A DNA stretch of 45,403 bases from sequence record NC_027330.1; one strand, written 5' to 3'. Below the pieces are notes generated by a model. It had not been told where the DNA came from and searched no databases. It worked only from the letters and a program-made list of their open reading frames with translations. Of the stretch, positions 36,404 through 45,002 are shown piece after piece. Source of the DNA: Escherichia phage ECBP5. Both the position numbers and the translations under genes were made by a program. The stretch's first letter is position 1; each line of letters begins with the position of its first letter.

Positions 36404-38250
36404 GGCGTGTTAACAGGAACGACAAGAAAGCACAGCTAGAAATGTGGGAGGAGCTTGAAGCGATACAGAAAGCTTTTCCATTTACTGTGCAAGGCTTGTG
36501 GCTGTTTGCCTCACTTGTGCTTGAGAAGACTATTGTAGGCTCTCCTCACCTTAATCGCACACAGAAAGACATTCTTAGCTTCCTGCTTAACGGCGGGAAG
36601 TATATAGGCATACAGGCAAGCCGTGGTATGACCAAGACAGTTATGGCAGCTATCCTATGCTGCTTCTGTCTTATCCACATGCCACACTATCGTATCATTG
36701 TATTCTCACAGAACGGTAAGCGAGCTAAAGAGATTGCAGGCTGGGTAGTTAAAATCTTCTATGCTATAGACATCCTTGAGGTATTGCAGCCAGATACCTA
36801 TGCTGGCGACCGTTCATCCATTGAAGCTTTTGATATTCATTGGTGCTTCCGTGGTGCTGATAAGTCACCATCTGTCACCTGCTATTCTATCGAGTCAGGT
36901 GCGCAGGGTGCTCGTGCTGACCTTATCCTTGCTGATGATATTGAGTCGCTACAAAACTCCCGTACAGCTCAGAGCCGTGAGTGGCTGCTTGAGCAGTCAT
37001 TAGAGTTTGAGTCGATTAACCAGTATGGTCGTATCATCTATCTAGGTACACCTCAGGGTGTTGAGTCTATCTACAACACGCTTCCAGCTCGTGGCTACGT
37101 TATGCGTATCTGGCCTGGCCGTTATCCAACAGCTGAGCAGCTTGAGTTCTATGGCAATGCTCTGGCTCCATTATTCCGTAAGGATATTGAAGCTGACCCA
37201 AGCTTGCAAAGCGGTGGTGGGCTTGATGGTACTATGGGCAAGCCAACAACACCTGCTATGTATGATGAGGAGTTGTTGCAAGAGAAGGAGATGAGGCAAG
37301 GTCTTGCTAAGTTCATGTTGCAGTTCATGGTTCACACAGGTATGTCTGACCGTGACCGCTTCAAGCTTAAGCTAGAGAATCTGGTACTAATGAACTTCAA
37401 TGCCATGCAAGGTGCGGTTATGCCTGTGTGGAACAGTGACCAACGTAGCATGTGGCAAGCTGCCCCTCGCTTTGGTACACGTCCACAAGACAGGTTCTAC
37501 TTTGCTATGCAGCAGCCATATATCATGCGTGACTTTGACCTAACTGTTATGTTCATTGACCCAGCTGGTGGTGGCTCCCGCTCACAGGATGAGATGGGTT
37601 ATGCGATAACCAAGCTACTCGGTACTTATGTCTACATCTATGATGTTGATGGTGTCAAGGGTGGGTATGAACAATCAGAGCTGATGAAGCTTGTACAAGC
37701 TGCTAAGGATGCTAAGGTCAACGTTTGCTATGTTGAAAAGAACTATGGTAACGGTGCTCACTTTGCAATGCTTAAGCCACTGTTTGAGAAGTTTTACCCA
37801 GAGTGTAGGCTTGAGGAAATTAACTCAACAGGTCAGAAGGAACTACGTATCATCGATACACTAGAACCACTGCTGGGTCAGCATCGCTTGGTAGTATCAC
37901 AGACAGCTGTTATGAAGGACTACAACAGCATTCAGAAGTACCCAGCAGAGGTCAAGATGACTTACAGCTGCTTCTACCAACTTGCTCACATAACGAGCGA
38001 CCGTGGGGCGCTGAGGCACGATGACCGCTTAGACGCACTGGCTGGGGCTGTGGCGCAGATTGTCAACTACATCGACTATGACCAAGAGAAGGCCGAGAAA
38101 GACCGACAGGCGGAGGCTGACAAGCATTTCTTTGAGGTTATGGCTAACCCTAATGGTTTCGTCCACACGATGATGCACGGTGGTGATTTTATGAGCTATG
38201 TTGAGCAGCAAAACACCGGAGCCAACGCACTCAAGAAATACTTTAATTAA
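36400..38250 (+). CDS. Terminase large subunit (T7 gp19-like)
   Basis: 616 aa; position after holin/small subunit; ATPase-like LILADDIESL segment. Confidence 0.8.
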   Translation: MRRVNRNDKKAQLEMWEELEAIQKAFPFTVQGLWLFASLVLEKTIVGSPHLNRTQKDILSFLLNGGKYIGIQASRGMTKTVMAAILCCFCLIHMPHYRIIVFSQNGKRAKEIAGWVVKIFYAIDILEVLQPDTYAGDRSSIEAFDIHWCFRGADKSPSVTCYSIESGAQGARADLILADDIESLQNSRTAQSREWLLEQSLEFESINQYGRIIYLGTPQGVESIYNTLPARGYVMRIWPGRYPTAEQLEFYGNALAPLFRKDIEADPSLQSGGGLDGTMGKPTTPAMYDEELLQEKEMRQGLAKFMLQFMVHTGMSDRDRFKLKLENLVLMNFNAMQGAVMPVWNSDQRSMWQAAPRFGTRPQDRFYFAMQQPYIMRDFDLTVMFIDPAGGGSRSQDEMGYAITKLLGTYVYIYDVDGVKGGYEQSELMKLVQAAKDAKVNVCYVEKNYGNGAHFAMLKPLFEKFYPECRLEEINSTGQKELRIIDTLEPLLGQHRLVVSQTAVMKDYNSIQKYPAEVKMTYSCFYQLAHITSDRGALRHDDRLDALAGAVAQIVNYIDYDQEKAEKDRQAEADKHFFEVMANPNGFVHTMMHGGDFMSYVEQQNTGANALKKYFN

Positions 38251-38283
38251 TGGCAATAATCCCTTAGTTTTCATAACTTTGGG

Positions 38284-38305
38284 ATTAGGCACTACAATAG
38301 GAGAA
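38284..38305 (+). promoter_or_regulatory. Phage-RNAP promoter candidate (consensus copy)
   Basis: ATTAGGCACTACAATAGGAGAA followed by AGTAAG-repeat leader. Confidence 0.6.
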
Positions 38306-38422
38306 AGCTAAAGTAAGTACAGTAAGTAAACAGTAGCTATAAATAGCTATAGTAAGCTTTAGTTAGCCTAAGTAGTAACCTACTTATTGTCTTATTATAT
38401 TCTTTATAAGGAGAGCTATTAG

Positions 38423-39034
38423 ATGGCTACATATACCACCAGCATACTTAAGCTTATAAAAGGCTCTTTGTCTTCTGGTAAACTGCCTAAGGCTAACTCA
38501 CAAGGTGACTTAGTTGACTCTAAGTTAACTGATGATGGCACAAAGCTTGCTTACAATGGTAATGAAGTAACAGACTCTCGCACACAGCGTAAAAAGACTG
38601 AGGTCTATTACACTGGTGTTTCTGTTACTCTCACTGCGGGTACTCAGTACAATTTAGTAAACCTGTTAAAAGCTCTTACAGCAAACTCAGGTACACTTGC
38701 ACCATTCTTTGACACTACATCCAACAAACTCAAGGTTATTAATGATAATGCTAGTTGCATGTTCAAACTTAACCTAGTAGGCAACTGGGCGAACGCATCA
38801 TCAGATAGGAGTCTTCAGGTTGACTTTGTAGGAACAAACGGCAACAGGTTAGTTGCTAACAGGTCTTCAGCTACCACAGCTGATTCATTAACACTATCTA
38901 CTTTCTTATCTGTTGATAAGAATGGTAACTTAGCAACAAATGGCAGCACTGTTAACTTAACAGCTGTTGGTATCAACTTCACAATTACATCTGCGCTTCT
39001 TATTGCTGAGCAGGTAACTAAAGAATCTTTCTAA
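38423..39034 (+). CDS. Hypothetical late protein, Ser/Thr/Asn-rich (203 aa)
   Basis: AAGGAGAG RBS; own promoter upstream. Confidence 0.6.
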   Translation: MATYTTSILKLIKGSLSSGKLPKANSQGDLVDSKLTDDGTKLAYNGNEVTDSRTQRKKTEVYYTGVSVTLTAGTQYNLVNLLKALTANSGTLAPFFDTTSNKLKVINDNASCMFKLNLVGNWANASSDRSLQVDFVGTNGNRLVANRSSATTADSLTLSTFLSVDKNGNLATNGSTVNLTAVGINFTITSALLIAEQVTKESF

Positions 39035-39046
39035 GGAGATTAACAT

Positions 39047-39325
39047 ATGCCACGTAATATTACTGGTGATTCACCTAAGTCTGTACAAACTCAGTCCGTA
39101 TCTATGCTGCCAGTGGCTATTGTCACTCAGGCAAACTTGGCTAGCGCAGCTCACCCTATCAACGATACTACCAAGTCTGGCAAGCAAGTTGGTGGTCTGG
39201 TCTACGTTAAGCTGACTACTGGTGGTAATGTCTGCATCGCAATTGCTCAGGGTTCTGGCGCTACTGATAAGTGGCTGGTACTTGGCATGGATGCTGCTGG
39301 CTTCATTGAAGTAACACCAGCTTAA
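39047..39325 (+). CDS. Hypothetical protein (92 aa)
   Basis: AAGGAGA RBS. Confidence 0.55.
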   Translation: MPRNITGDSPKSVQTQSVSMLPVAIVTQANLASAAHPINDTTKSGKQVGGLVYVKLTTGGNVCIAIAQGSGATDKWLVLGMDAAGFIEVTPA

Positions 39326-39335
39326 TAAGGTTGGT

Positions 39336-39356
39336 CAGTCTAGTACGCTAGACTGG
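39336..39356. repeat. Palindrome family copy, terminator-like
   Basis: CAGTCTAGTACGCTAGACTGG followed by CCTCTTTCT. Confidence 0.6.
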
Positions 39357-39368
39357 CCTCTTTCTACT

Positions 39369-39926
39369 ATGAATACATTACTAATGCTACTTGCGTTAAT
39401 AAATCCTGTTCAGAAGTTAGAGCAAGATTTATCAAAGCACATAGAAATTTATACACACCAAGGAGGTTCCGAGTTGAATCGCAGTCAATTCCAGCGCTAT
39501 ATATTGCGCCCTACCCTTGAGAAGCTTGGTCTATACTCGCCACAAGCTGAGCGCTTGCTGACTATGATTGTAGCCCATGAATCTCTCAAGGGTCATTATA
39601 TTGTACAGACCACAGGGCAGGCTAAAGGCTTGTACCAGATGGAGAATGCAACACACGATGATGTGCTGCGTTGGGTTCACAATAACCGTCCTGAGCTTTA
39701 CCGTGAGATTGTAGAAATGGGTGATGGTCAGCCGTCAGCAGTTAAGATGATTACTGACTTAGACTATGCAACCGCTATGGCTCGCGCGTTCTTCCTCCGC
39801 TTTCCTGAGCCGTTGCCGACAGGCAACGACGAGGAGCTTGCAGCATACGCTAAGAAGCGCTGGAACACTCACTTAGGTAAGGCCACTCCTGACGACTACT
39901 TGAAGGCTTATCAGTCTTGGAAGTAA
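39369..39926 (+). CDS. Lytic transglycosylase-like protein (putative endolysin)
   Basis: AHESLKG...GQAKGLYQME fits the ES...GLxQ transglycosylase signature (compare T7 gp16 N-terminus TESRF...GPLGMMQF); short N-terminal hydrophobic stretch. Confidence 0.7.
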   Translation: MNTLLMLLALINPVQKLEQDLSKHIEIYTHQGGSELNRSQFQRYILRPTLEKLGLYSPQAERLLTMIVAHESLKGHYIVQTTGQAKGLYQMENATHDDVLRWVHNNRPELYREIVEMGDGQPSAVKMITDLDYATAMARAFFLRFPEPLPTGNDEELAAYAKKRWNTHLGKATPDDYLKAYQSWK

Positions 39927-40038
39927 GTTGCAGCAGCTGGTGTCAGCTTAAGTGGCAGGAGGCAGTTGAGTCAGGTGATGACTTAGCTGCCAGTGACTAT
40001 CTAAAGCTCTATGAGCTTTGGAGTAGCAGAGGTATGTA

Positions 40039-40353
40039 ATGAGTACAAGCAATATACCTAGCTTAGGTGGCTTCACTCCTATTGAGTCTCTTGTAAAAGG
40101 CGGTAGTGCTAAAGACATCTTCAATCCAATGAACATCTGGAATGATGGTGCAGGTGTATTACAGAAGCCATCGTCCTTGTTTACCAAGGAGACTATTACT
40201 GGAACAGGTAAGGACACTGAGAAGTCTCGTACTAAAGCTCAGGAAGAGGAAGATAGTGCTGCTGCTAAGCAAAGCTCTAGGGATGCTAACAAGTGGCTCA
40301 ACTGGACACCTAGTAGAAGTAGCACTAATACTAAAACTGGTTTATCTATTTAG
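40039..40353 (+). CDS. Hypothetical protein (104 aa)
   Basis: ORF with internal acidic patch. Confidence 0.5.
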   Translation: MSTSNIPSLGGFTPIESLVKGGSAKDIFNPMNIWNDGAGVLQKPSSLFTKETITGTGKDTEKSRTKAQEEEDSAAAKQSSRDANKWLNWTPSRSSTNTKTGLSI

Positions 40354-40361
40354 GAGTAATC

Positions 40362-40511
40362 ATGGGTAAGATTTTTAAGAATAAGAAAGTAGTAGCAGCT
40401 GCTGTTACCTTAGTTCTTGTCATCTTGGGTACAGCCCTAGGGACTGACTTGGGTGCAGATACTGCAAATAGCGTTACTGACCTTATCTGCACTATTGTAA
40501 GCTGTCAGTAA
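40362..40511 (+). CDS. Small membrane protein (49 aa)
   Basis: TAGGAG RBS; single hydrophobic helix VVAAAVTLVLVILGTALG; not in ORF track. Confidence 0.4.
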   Translation: MGKIFKNKKVVAAAVTLVLVILGTALGTDLGADTANSVTDLICTIVSCQ

Positions 40512-40720
40512 TGATTAAAGCTCTCCTTGAAGTTCTGGCAATCCTGCTCCGAGCTATTGAAAGGAAGCAAGTAAAAGAGGAGCAGCAAGATGCGCAAGCT
40601 GAAGCTGATCGTATTAGCACCAATCCTACTGAGTGGTTTAATGATCACTTCAGGGTGCGTACAGAGTCCAGCAAGACAGATGCCAGTAAAGCCAGCCCTG
40701 ACAACAGTCACACAAGTTGA
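40511..40720 (+). CDS. Putative i-spanin (Rz-like)
   Basis: N-terminal hydrophobic segment followed by charged helix; overlaps o-spanin candidate in another frame. Confidence 0.5.
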   Translation: MIKALLEVLAILLRAIERKQVKEEQQDAQAEADRISTNPTEWFNDHFRVRTESSKTDASKASPDNSHTS

Positions 40721-40799
40721 TGGTCAGATGTGCATGGATTTACAAGATGCAACTAAGTTGGGTTTGTACATACTAGGCCTTGAGCGCGGCTATCAGTAG
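40590..40799 (+). CDS. Putative o-spanin lipoprotein (Rz1-like)
   Basis: Signal peptide with lipobox-like LMITSGC, Pro-rich mature part; starts inside the i-spanin ORF in the +1 frame. Confidence 0.55.
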   Translation: MRKLKLIVLAPILLSGLMITSGCVQSPARQMPVKPALTTVTQVDGQMCMDLQDATKLGLYILGLERGYQ

Positions 40800-40855
40800 C
40801 CGCCTTATTACTCATAGCTATTCACAGTGAGTGGCTAGCAGTAATAGGAGATAAC

Positions 40856-42484
40856 ATGGCTAAACTTACAAGAGTAACGGACGCATTTGTGTACGTTAAG
40901 TCTAAATTAGCTGGAGCAATCCAGCGACTGTTAGAAGACAAGATGACTGACACTCTATCCATTAAGGATTTTGGTGCAGTCGGAGATGGTGTGCATGATG
41001 ACACAGATGCAATCATTGCAGCCTTCGCAGCTGCTAAGAACAAGTTTGGGGTCATTGCACCCTCAGGCCGTTATCGTGTAACCAGAGAGATTCCAGTCGA
41101 TTATGCACTGGTACTTATCGGGGAAGGTGGGAATGGCTTTAAGGGTACAAACTCAAGCCACAATCCATCGCCTCACTTTGGCACTACCTTTGTAAGTGAC
41201 ATGGCTAGTGGATACGTGTTCAATATCTCACCTGCTGCTTTCCAGTTTGGTCTTACCTTGCGTGACTTCTCTATCGAGCGTAACGAGTCATTAGGTATCA
41301 ACAATGCACGAGGTATGAGACTACATAATGTAGGGTGGACTGGTATCGTAGACAACGTGTGTATTGATGGCTTCTGGGAACATGGCTTGGTTATTGGTTA
41401 TATCCAAGATACACACTTCCGAGGCTGTACGGTATTACGTTGTGGTAATGAAGATGTGCCTAGTATTGAGATTGTTAATGACTCAAACTACGTATACTTC
41501 TTAAACTGCCATATCGAGTATTCTCCGTTCCTGTTCAAGAATACTGGCAATGCTTGGGAAGTTCACTTCACAAATAACCACTTTGAAGTTGCACAGTACG
41601 GCTCTAGCTCTGGTCTGCCTACCTTGAAGTATAAGCAAGCTCCGCTACAGCTTGGTGGTGGCAACATGGTTACTTTCAATACTTGTACAATTGTACCAGT
41701 ATCTGATGAGTATCTTCAGACTGCCCTTGGCATACCGTTTGACTCTTTACCATATTTCATTACTGGCTCGGGTTCATTCGTCAAGTTCATCAACTGCTCT
41801 GGTATTGCGCCAGAAGGTTCTGTCAGCTACATGTACCTAACAGGTACTGGTAATAAGGTACTTGGTGGCACATGGAAAGACATGACACCTAGGCGCCCTA
41901 GTATTGTCCTTGAAGATGGTGACATTGCTAATAACACATTAGCTATCCGTGTAGCTGCTGATGAGACAAAGCTGTACGGTGTCTTAGTCAATACTCGTGG
42001 CAAGATTACTGATAACTTGTTAACTGCATCAGGTACAGCGTCTACTACACGCAGAACTACTGGCATCCTTGTTGGATGTAGCCCTAGTGCGCCATTAGGA
42101 GCTGTTCAAGTTAGTGGTAACACTTATGACCTTGGTAATAGACCTAACCGCTATGTCTACCATCGTATTCAGATCAGTGGTCATGATGGAGGCTGCTCTT
42201 ACTTTGAGGGTATTAATGCCGCATTGTTTGACTTGGACTATGAGCTTTATAACCCTGCTGCAAACTTTGCTATGTGGAATACAACCTCATGGCAAGTGAC
42301 CAGTCAGGTCAATATGAATCCAGGACGTGTAGTAATGTTCCACGCAGGTGCAATAGCTGGATTTATTAATTACAGTGCATATGTAAAGAATGCTACGTTT
42401 AATAACCTTGCAGTAGAAGCTGGTGCATCTATTATGTACAAAGGCATCTCTGACGGTGAAGCAAGGATGTTCCAAGTTAAGTAA
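40856..42484 (+). CDS. Tailspike with pectate-lyase-like beta-helix domain (putative polysaccharide depolymerase)
   Basis: IKDFGAVGDGVHDDTDAIIAAF is a pectate-lyase-type beta-helix N-cap signature; 542 aa. Confidence 0.85.
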   Translation: MAKLTRVTDAFVYVKSKLAGAIQRLLEDKMTDTLSIKDFGAVGDGVHDDTDAIIAAFAAAKNKFGVIAPSGRYRVTREIPVDYALVLIGEGGNGFKGTNSSHNPSPHFGTTFVSDMASGYVFNISPAAFQFGLTLRDFSIERNESLGINNARGMRLHNVGWTGIVDNVCIDGFWEHGLVIGYIQDTHFRGCTVLRCGNEDVPSIEIVNDSNYVYFLNCHIEYSPFLFKNTGNAWEVHFTNNHFEVAQYGSSSGLPTLKYKQAPLQLGGGNMVTFNTCTIVPVSDEYLQTALGIPFDSLPYFITGSGSFVKFINCSGIAPEGSVSYMYLTGTGNKVLGGTWKDMTPRRPSIVLEDGDIANNTLAIRVAADETKLYGVLVNTRGKITDNLLTASGTASTTRRTTGILVGCSPSAPLGAVQVSGNTYDLGNRPNRYVYHRIQISGHDGGCSYFEGINAALFDLDYELYNPAANFAMWNTTSWQVTSQVNMNPGRVVMFHAGAIAGFINYSAYVKNATFNNLAVEAGASIMYKGISDGEARMFQVK

Positions 42485-42567
42485 TAAGTATTAATACTTA
42501 TTGAATCGTAACCAATTGGCAGCTTGCTAGGTAGTTATAGTAAGCTGCTGTTAACTGGAGTAAAGTT

Positions 42568-42696
42568 ATGTTATCTAATCAAGAGTTATTAGAAAAGTTT
42601 GATGAACTTATGTCACATCTCAATAGTGAAGACAACAGTATGGCTGAGGAGTTCAGAATTAATCTAGAGGAAGTATTAGAGTATCTTGTAAGCTAG
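42568..42696 (+). CDS. Small acidic hypothetical protein (42 aa)
   Basis: GGAG RBS 8 nt upstream; helical acidic peptide; weak support. Confidence 0.3.
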   Translation: MLSNQELLEKFDELMSHLNSEDNSMAEEFRINLEEVLEYLVS

Positions 42697-42873
42697 CTAG
42701 GTAGCCATTAGTGGTTACTGTAAGCTGGCCTTGAAACTTAAAATAGGGTGGACAGTTACAGCAGTTCCCGCCGCCGCCAGCTTCAGCTTTCCCCCATCGG
42801 GGTGGCTGCTGGCAACCTCTTAGGCCGCAGGCAGTTAGAGGGGGGGTGGGTAGGCTGGCTAGGTAGCTGGCAG

Positions 42874-43033
42874 TAGACCGACTGGTCTAGCGTAAGTCAT
42901 TGATGTTGTATCAGCTAACGAGTACATGAGAGCGCTGTACGTGAATACTTGCTGGCTCAAGCTGGCTGTGGCTCACAGAATTCTCCAGAGTGCGCTATAC
43001 ATATCAATGACTTACGTTAGACCGACTGGTCTA
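42874..43033. repeat. Two direct copies of 16-bp near-palindrome TAGACCGACTGGTCTA flanking an inverted repeat CGTAAGTCATTGAT / ATCAATGACTTACG
   Basis: Copies at 42874-42889 and 43018-43033; inverted repeat arms at 42891-42904 and 43003-43016. Confidence 0.75.
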
Positions 43034-43486
43034 CTAGTGGCTGGTCAGGCAGCTGCTGTGAGCTGGCTAGGTGGCTTACGGATAGCCGATTGTGAGCAGC
43101 CAGTGAGCCGCTGTGGGCTTCAGCTCCGCTGTGGCTACGGTTGGCTTGCCAGTGGCTTGAGGCGCTCTGTGAGCTGCTGAGGGCTGTGGCTTGCTGTACT
43201 CGTGTGCTAGTACGCTGCTGTGTGTATCTGTCTTTAGTCTGATGGGCTACTGTCTTTAGTTTGCTGCACCACTGGTAGCTTATTGGGTAGCTCATAGGTA
43301 GCTTACAAGGCTCACAGCTTGCTGGTACTACTGAGGGCTTACTAGGTAGCTTGCTATCACTGACTAGGTAGCTGCTGTTAGTTCACTAGGTAGCTAGCTA
43401 TGGCTTACTAGGTAGTTACTAGGTGGATTGATGTAAGCTTACTCAAGCTCTCTCTTAGTGCATCATTCGATGCACAATATAAGAAG

Positions 43487-43510
43487 AATAAGACACTACA
43501 ATAAGAATAG
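43487..43510 (+). promoter_or_regulatory. Phage-RNAP promoter-like motif (variant) near presumed left end
   Basis: AATAAGACACTACAATAAGAATAG. Confidence 0.4.
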
Positions 43511-43588
43511 AGTACGCCTTGCCAACAGCTCTCATGAGCTATCTAGGTGGCTTACTATCACTTACATCCAACTAACTAGGAGGCTTAC

Positions 43589-43687
43589 ATGAGCCTAGAT
43601 ATGCTGTACACACTAGTAGTCTGCTTTCTCATTAACTTGTTTGTACACTTCATAGCATTTAGCTTGCTAGAGGTATTGGCTGGGTAG
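43589..43687 (+). CDS. Small hydrophobic peptide (32 aa)
   Basis: TAGGAGG RBS 7 nt upstream of ATG; single hydrophobic helix; weak support. Confidence 0.25.
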   Translation: MSLDMLYTLVVCFLINLFVHFIAFSLLEVLAG

Positions 43688-43693
43688 CTTGAG

Positions 43694-43712
43694 TCAGTCT
43701 AGTACACTAGAT
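43694..43712. repeat. Palindrome family copy
   Basis: CAGTCTAGTACACTAGATT. Confidence 0.6.
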
Positions 43713-43745
43713 TAAGCTAATGTGAGCTACATCACTAAAATAGTG

Positions 43746-43774
43746 TTGACTAGGTAGCTCACTGCCTGTATAGT
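43746..43774 (+). promoter_or_regulatory. Host sigma70-type early promoter candidate
   Basis: TTGACT, 17-bp spacer, TATAGT; downstream TACTTACA resembles the T7 A1 start region. Confidence 0.45.
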
Positions 43775-44031
43775 TACTTACATCAAGACGACACAGCAAC
43801 AAGTTATCTTGATAGTGGCTCTAGTAGCTACTTGCTCTTTAACAATATGATGATTAGAAGCTTAGGCTGTACGGGTATTACTTCTCCTCAATCCGTCGCA
43901 AGACATCAGTGAGAGGCTAGCAGGAAGCGCTAGGGCAATAGAAAGTGACCTTATGCAGTGCTGCTAATCATCAAGCTCTTTAACAATCTGGAATCTACCT
44001 GATAGGCTTACTACAACAAAGGTGAACTATC

Positions 44032-44277
44032 ATGGCTATGAACAAAGTTAAATCTCCATTCGTCAAGATACTGCGTAAGGCTGGCTACTCAGTTAAGGAA
44101 GCAATGAACATCACGCTAGATGCTCAATACAACTTTCATAACACCAGACGCTGCTCAAGCAAGCACTTTAATCACTTGGCTAAGAATGGCAGGGTTGGTT
44201 GTATGTTCCAGTGGGATAACACCCCTGAGGGAGTACAATACTGGAATTATGTGCAGTCTGCGCTTAACAATAGTTAG
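44032..44277 (+). CDS. Early hypothetical protein (81 aa)
   Basis: AAAGGTGA RBS; basic protein. Confidence 0.6.
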   Translation: MAMNKVKSPFVKILRKAGYSVKEAMNITLDAQYNFHNTRRCSSKHFNHLAKNGRVGCMFQWDNTPEGVQYWNYVQSALNNS

Positions 44278-44661
44278 TAATAGATAGCTGCTGGCACTAG
44301 CCAGCCTATCAGGTAGATTCTGGAAGGATAGGAAGTTGAATAGAGCTGATGAAAGCTCTTGTGACCGCTCAAGCGGTGCTAATTAACCTAAGAATGCTCA
44401 GCTAGTGCGAGTCACACCAGAAAGGTGCTGAGCAGCTTATTAAGGTGAGCTTGATAGACTAACCACAACCAATAGGTAGCTATCATGATTTACATCCCAC
44501 TTAAGACTTACATACTGGCTATAACTTACACTGCTGTTGTGATTACAACAGCTTGTTTAGTGCTGATGTACGCTGACAGGTACATGTAACAAGGCTAGCC
44601 AGCAGCTGCTGGCAGTCTATCAAGCTTACTTTCAACTGATAGAACAACTGGAGATACAAAG

Positions 44662-44937
44662 ATGCAAACAGTGACTACTAAATACCTGCCAGCTACTAAC
44701 ACTCGTGGGGCACGCATCAAAGTCTCAAGCTGGTTAGGTAATAAAACCTTTAGCTATGACTATGCAGCCAGCTGTGCTCATGAAGCAGCTTTTAATGAGT
44801 GGTTAAAAGAGCAGAATGAAAGAATTGCTTTTGAGTGCCACTCAAATAATCTGAAAGCTAAGGCTGGCGGTTGGTTCAAGCTTGTAGCTAAAGGCAGCTT
44901 GCCGGATGGCAACGGTTACGGGTTTATTGTTAAGTAG
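44662..44937 (+). CDS. Early hypothetical protein (91 aa)
   Basis: GGAGA RBS. Confidence 0.6.
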   Translation: MQTVTTKYLPATNTRGARIKVSSWLGNKTFSYDYAASCAHEAAFNEWLKEQNERIAFECHSNNLKAKAGGWFKLVAKGSLPDGNGYGFIVK

Positions 44938-45002
44938 CAAACTAGCAGCCATTAGCTTACAGTGGCTGCAATGATTGTTACTAACTAACTGAGGTTACAA
45001 TT

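Larger units (their letters stand above)
42520..43760. repeat. Array of about 12 dispersed CTAGGTAGCT-type decamer repeats (terminus-like region)
   Basis: Recurrent CTAGGTAG(C/T)T and GGTAGCT units, densest at 43330-43430. Confidence 0.7.

Noticed and set aside
39893-39926. Classical -1 slippery site that would link the transglycosylase to the downstream duplicated peptide
   Set aside because: No X XXY YYZ heptamer in the required window; the duplication is reported as a finding but frameshifting is not asserted
43800-44030. Additional sigma70 promoters at the repeated GCTCTTTAACAAT motif (about 43835 and 43976)
   Set aside because: The motif repeats, but no -35/-10 pair with acceptable spacing could be fitted by eye
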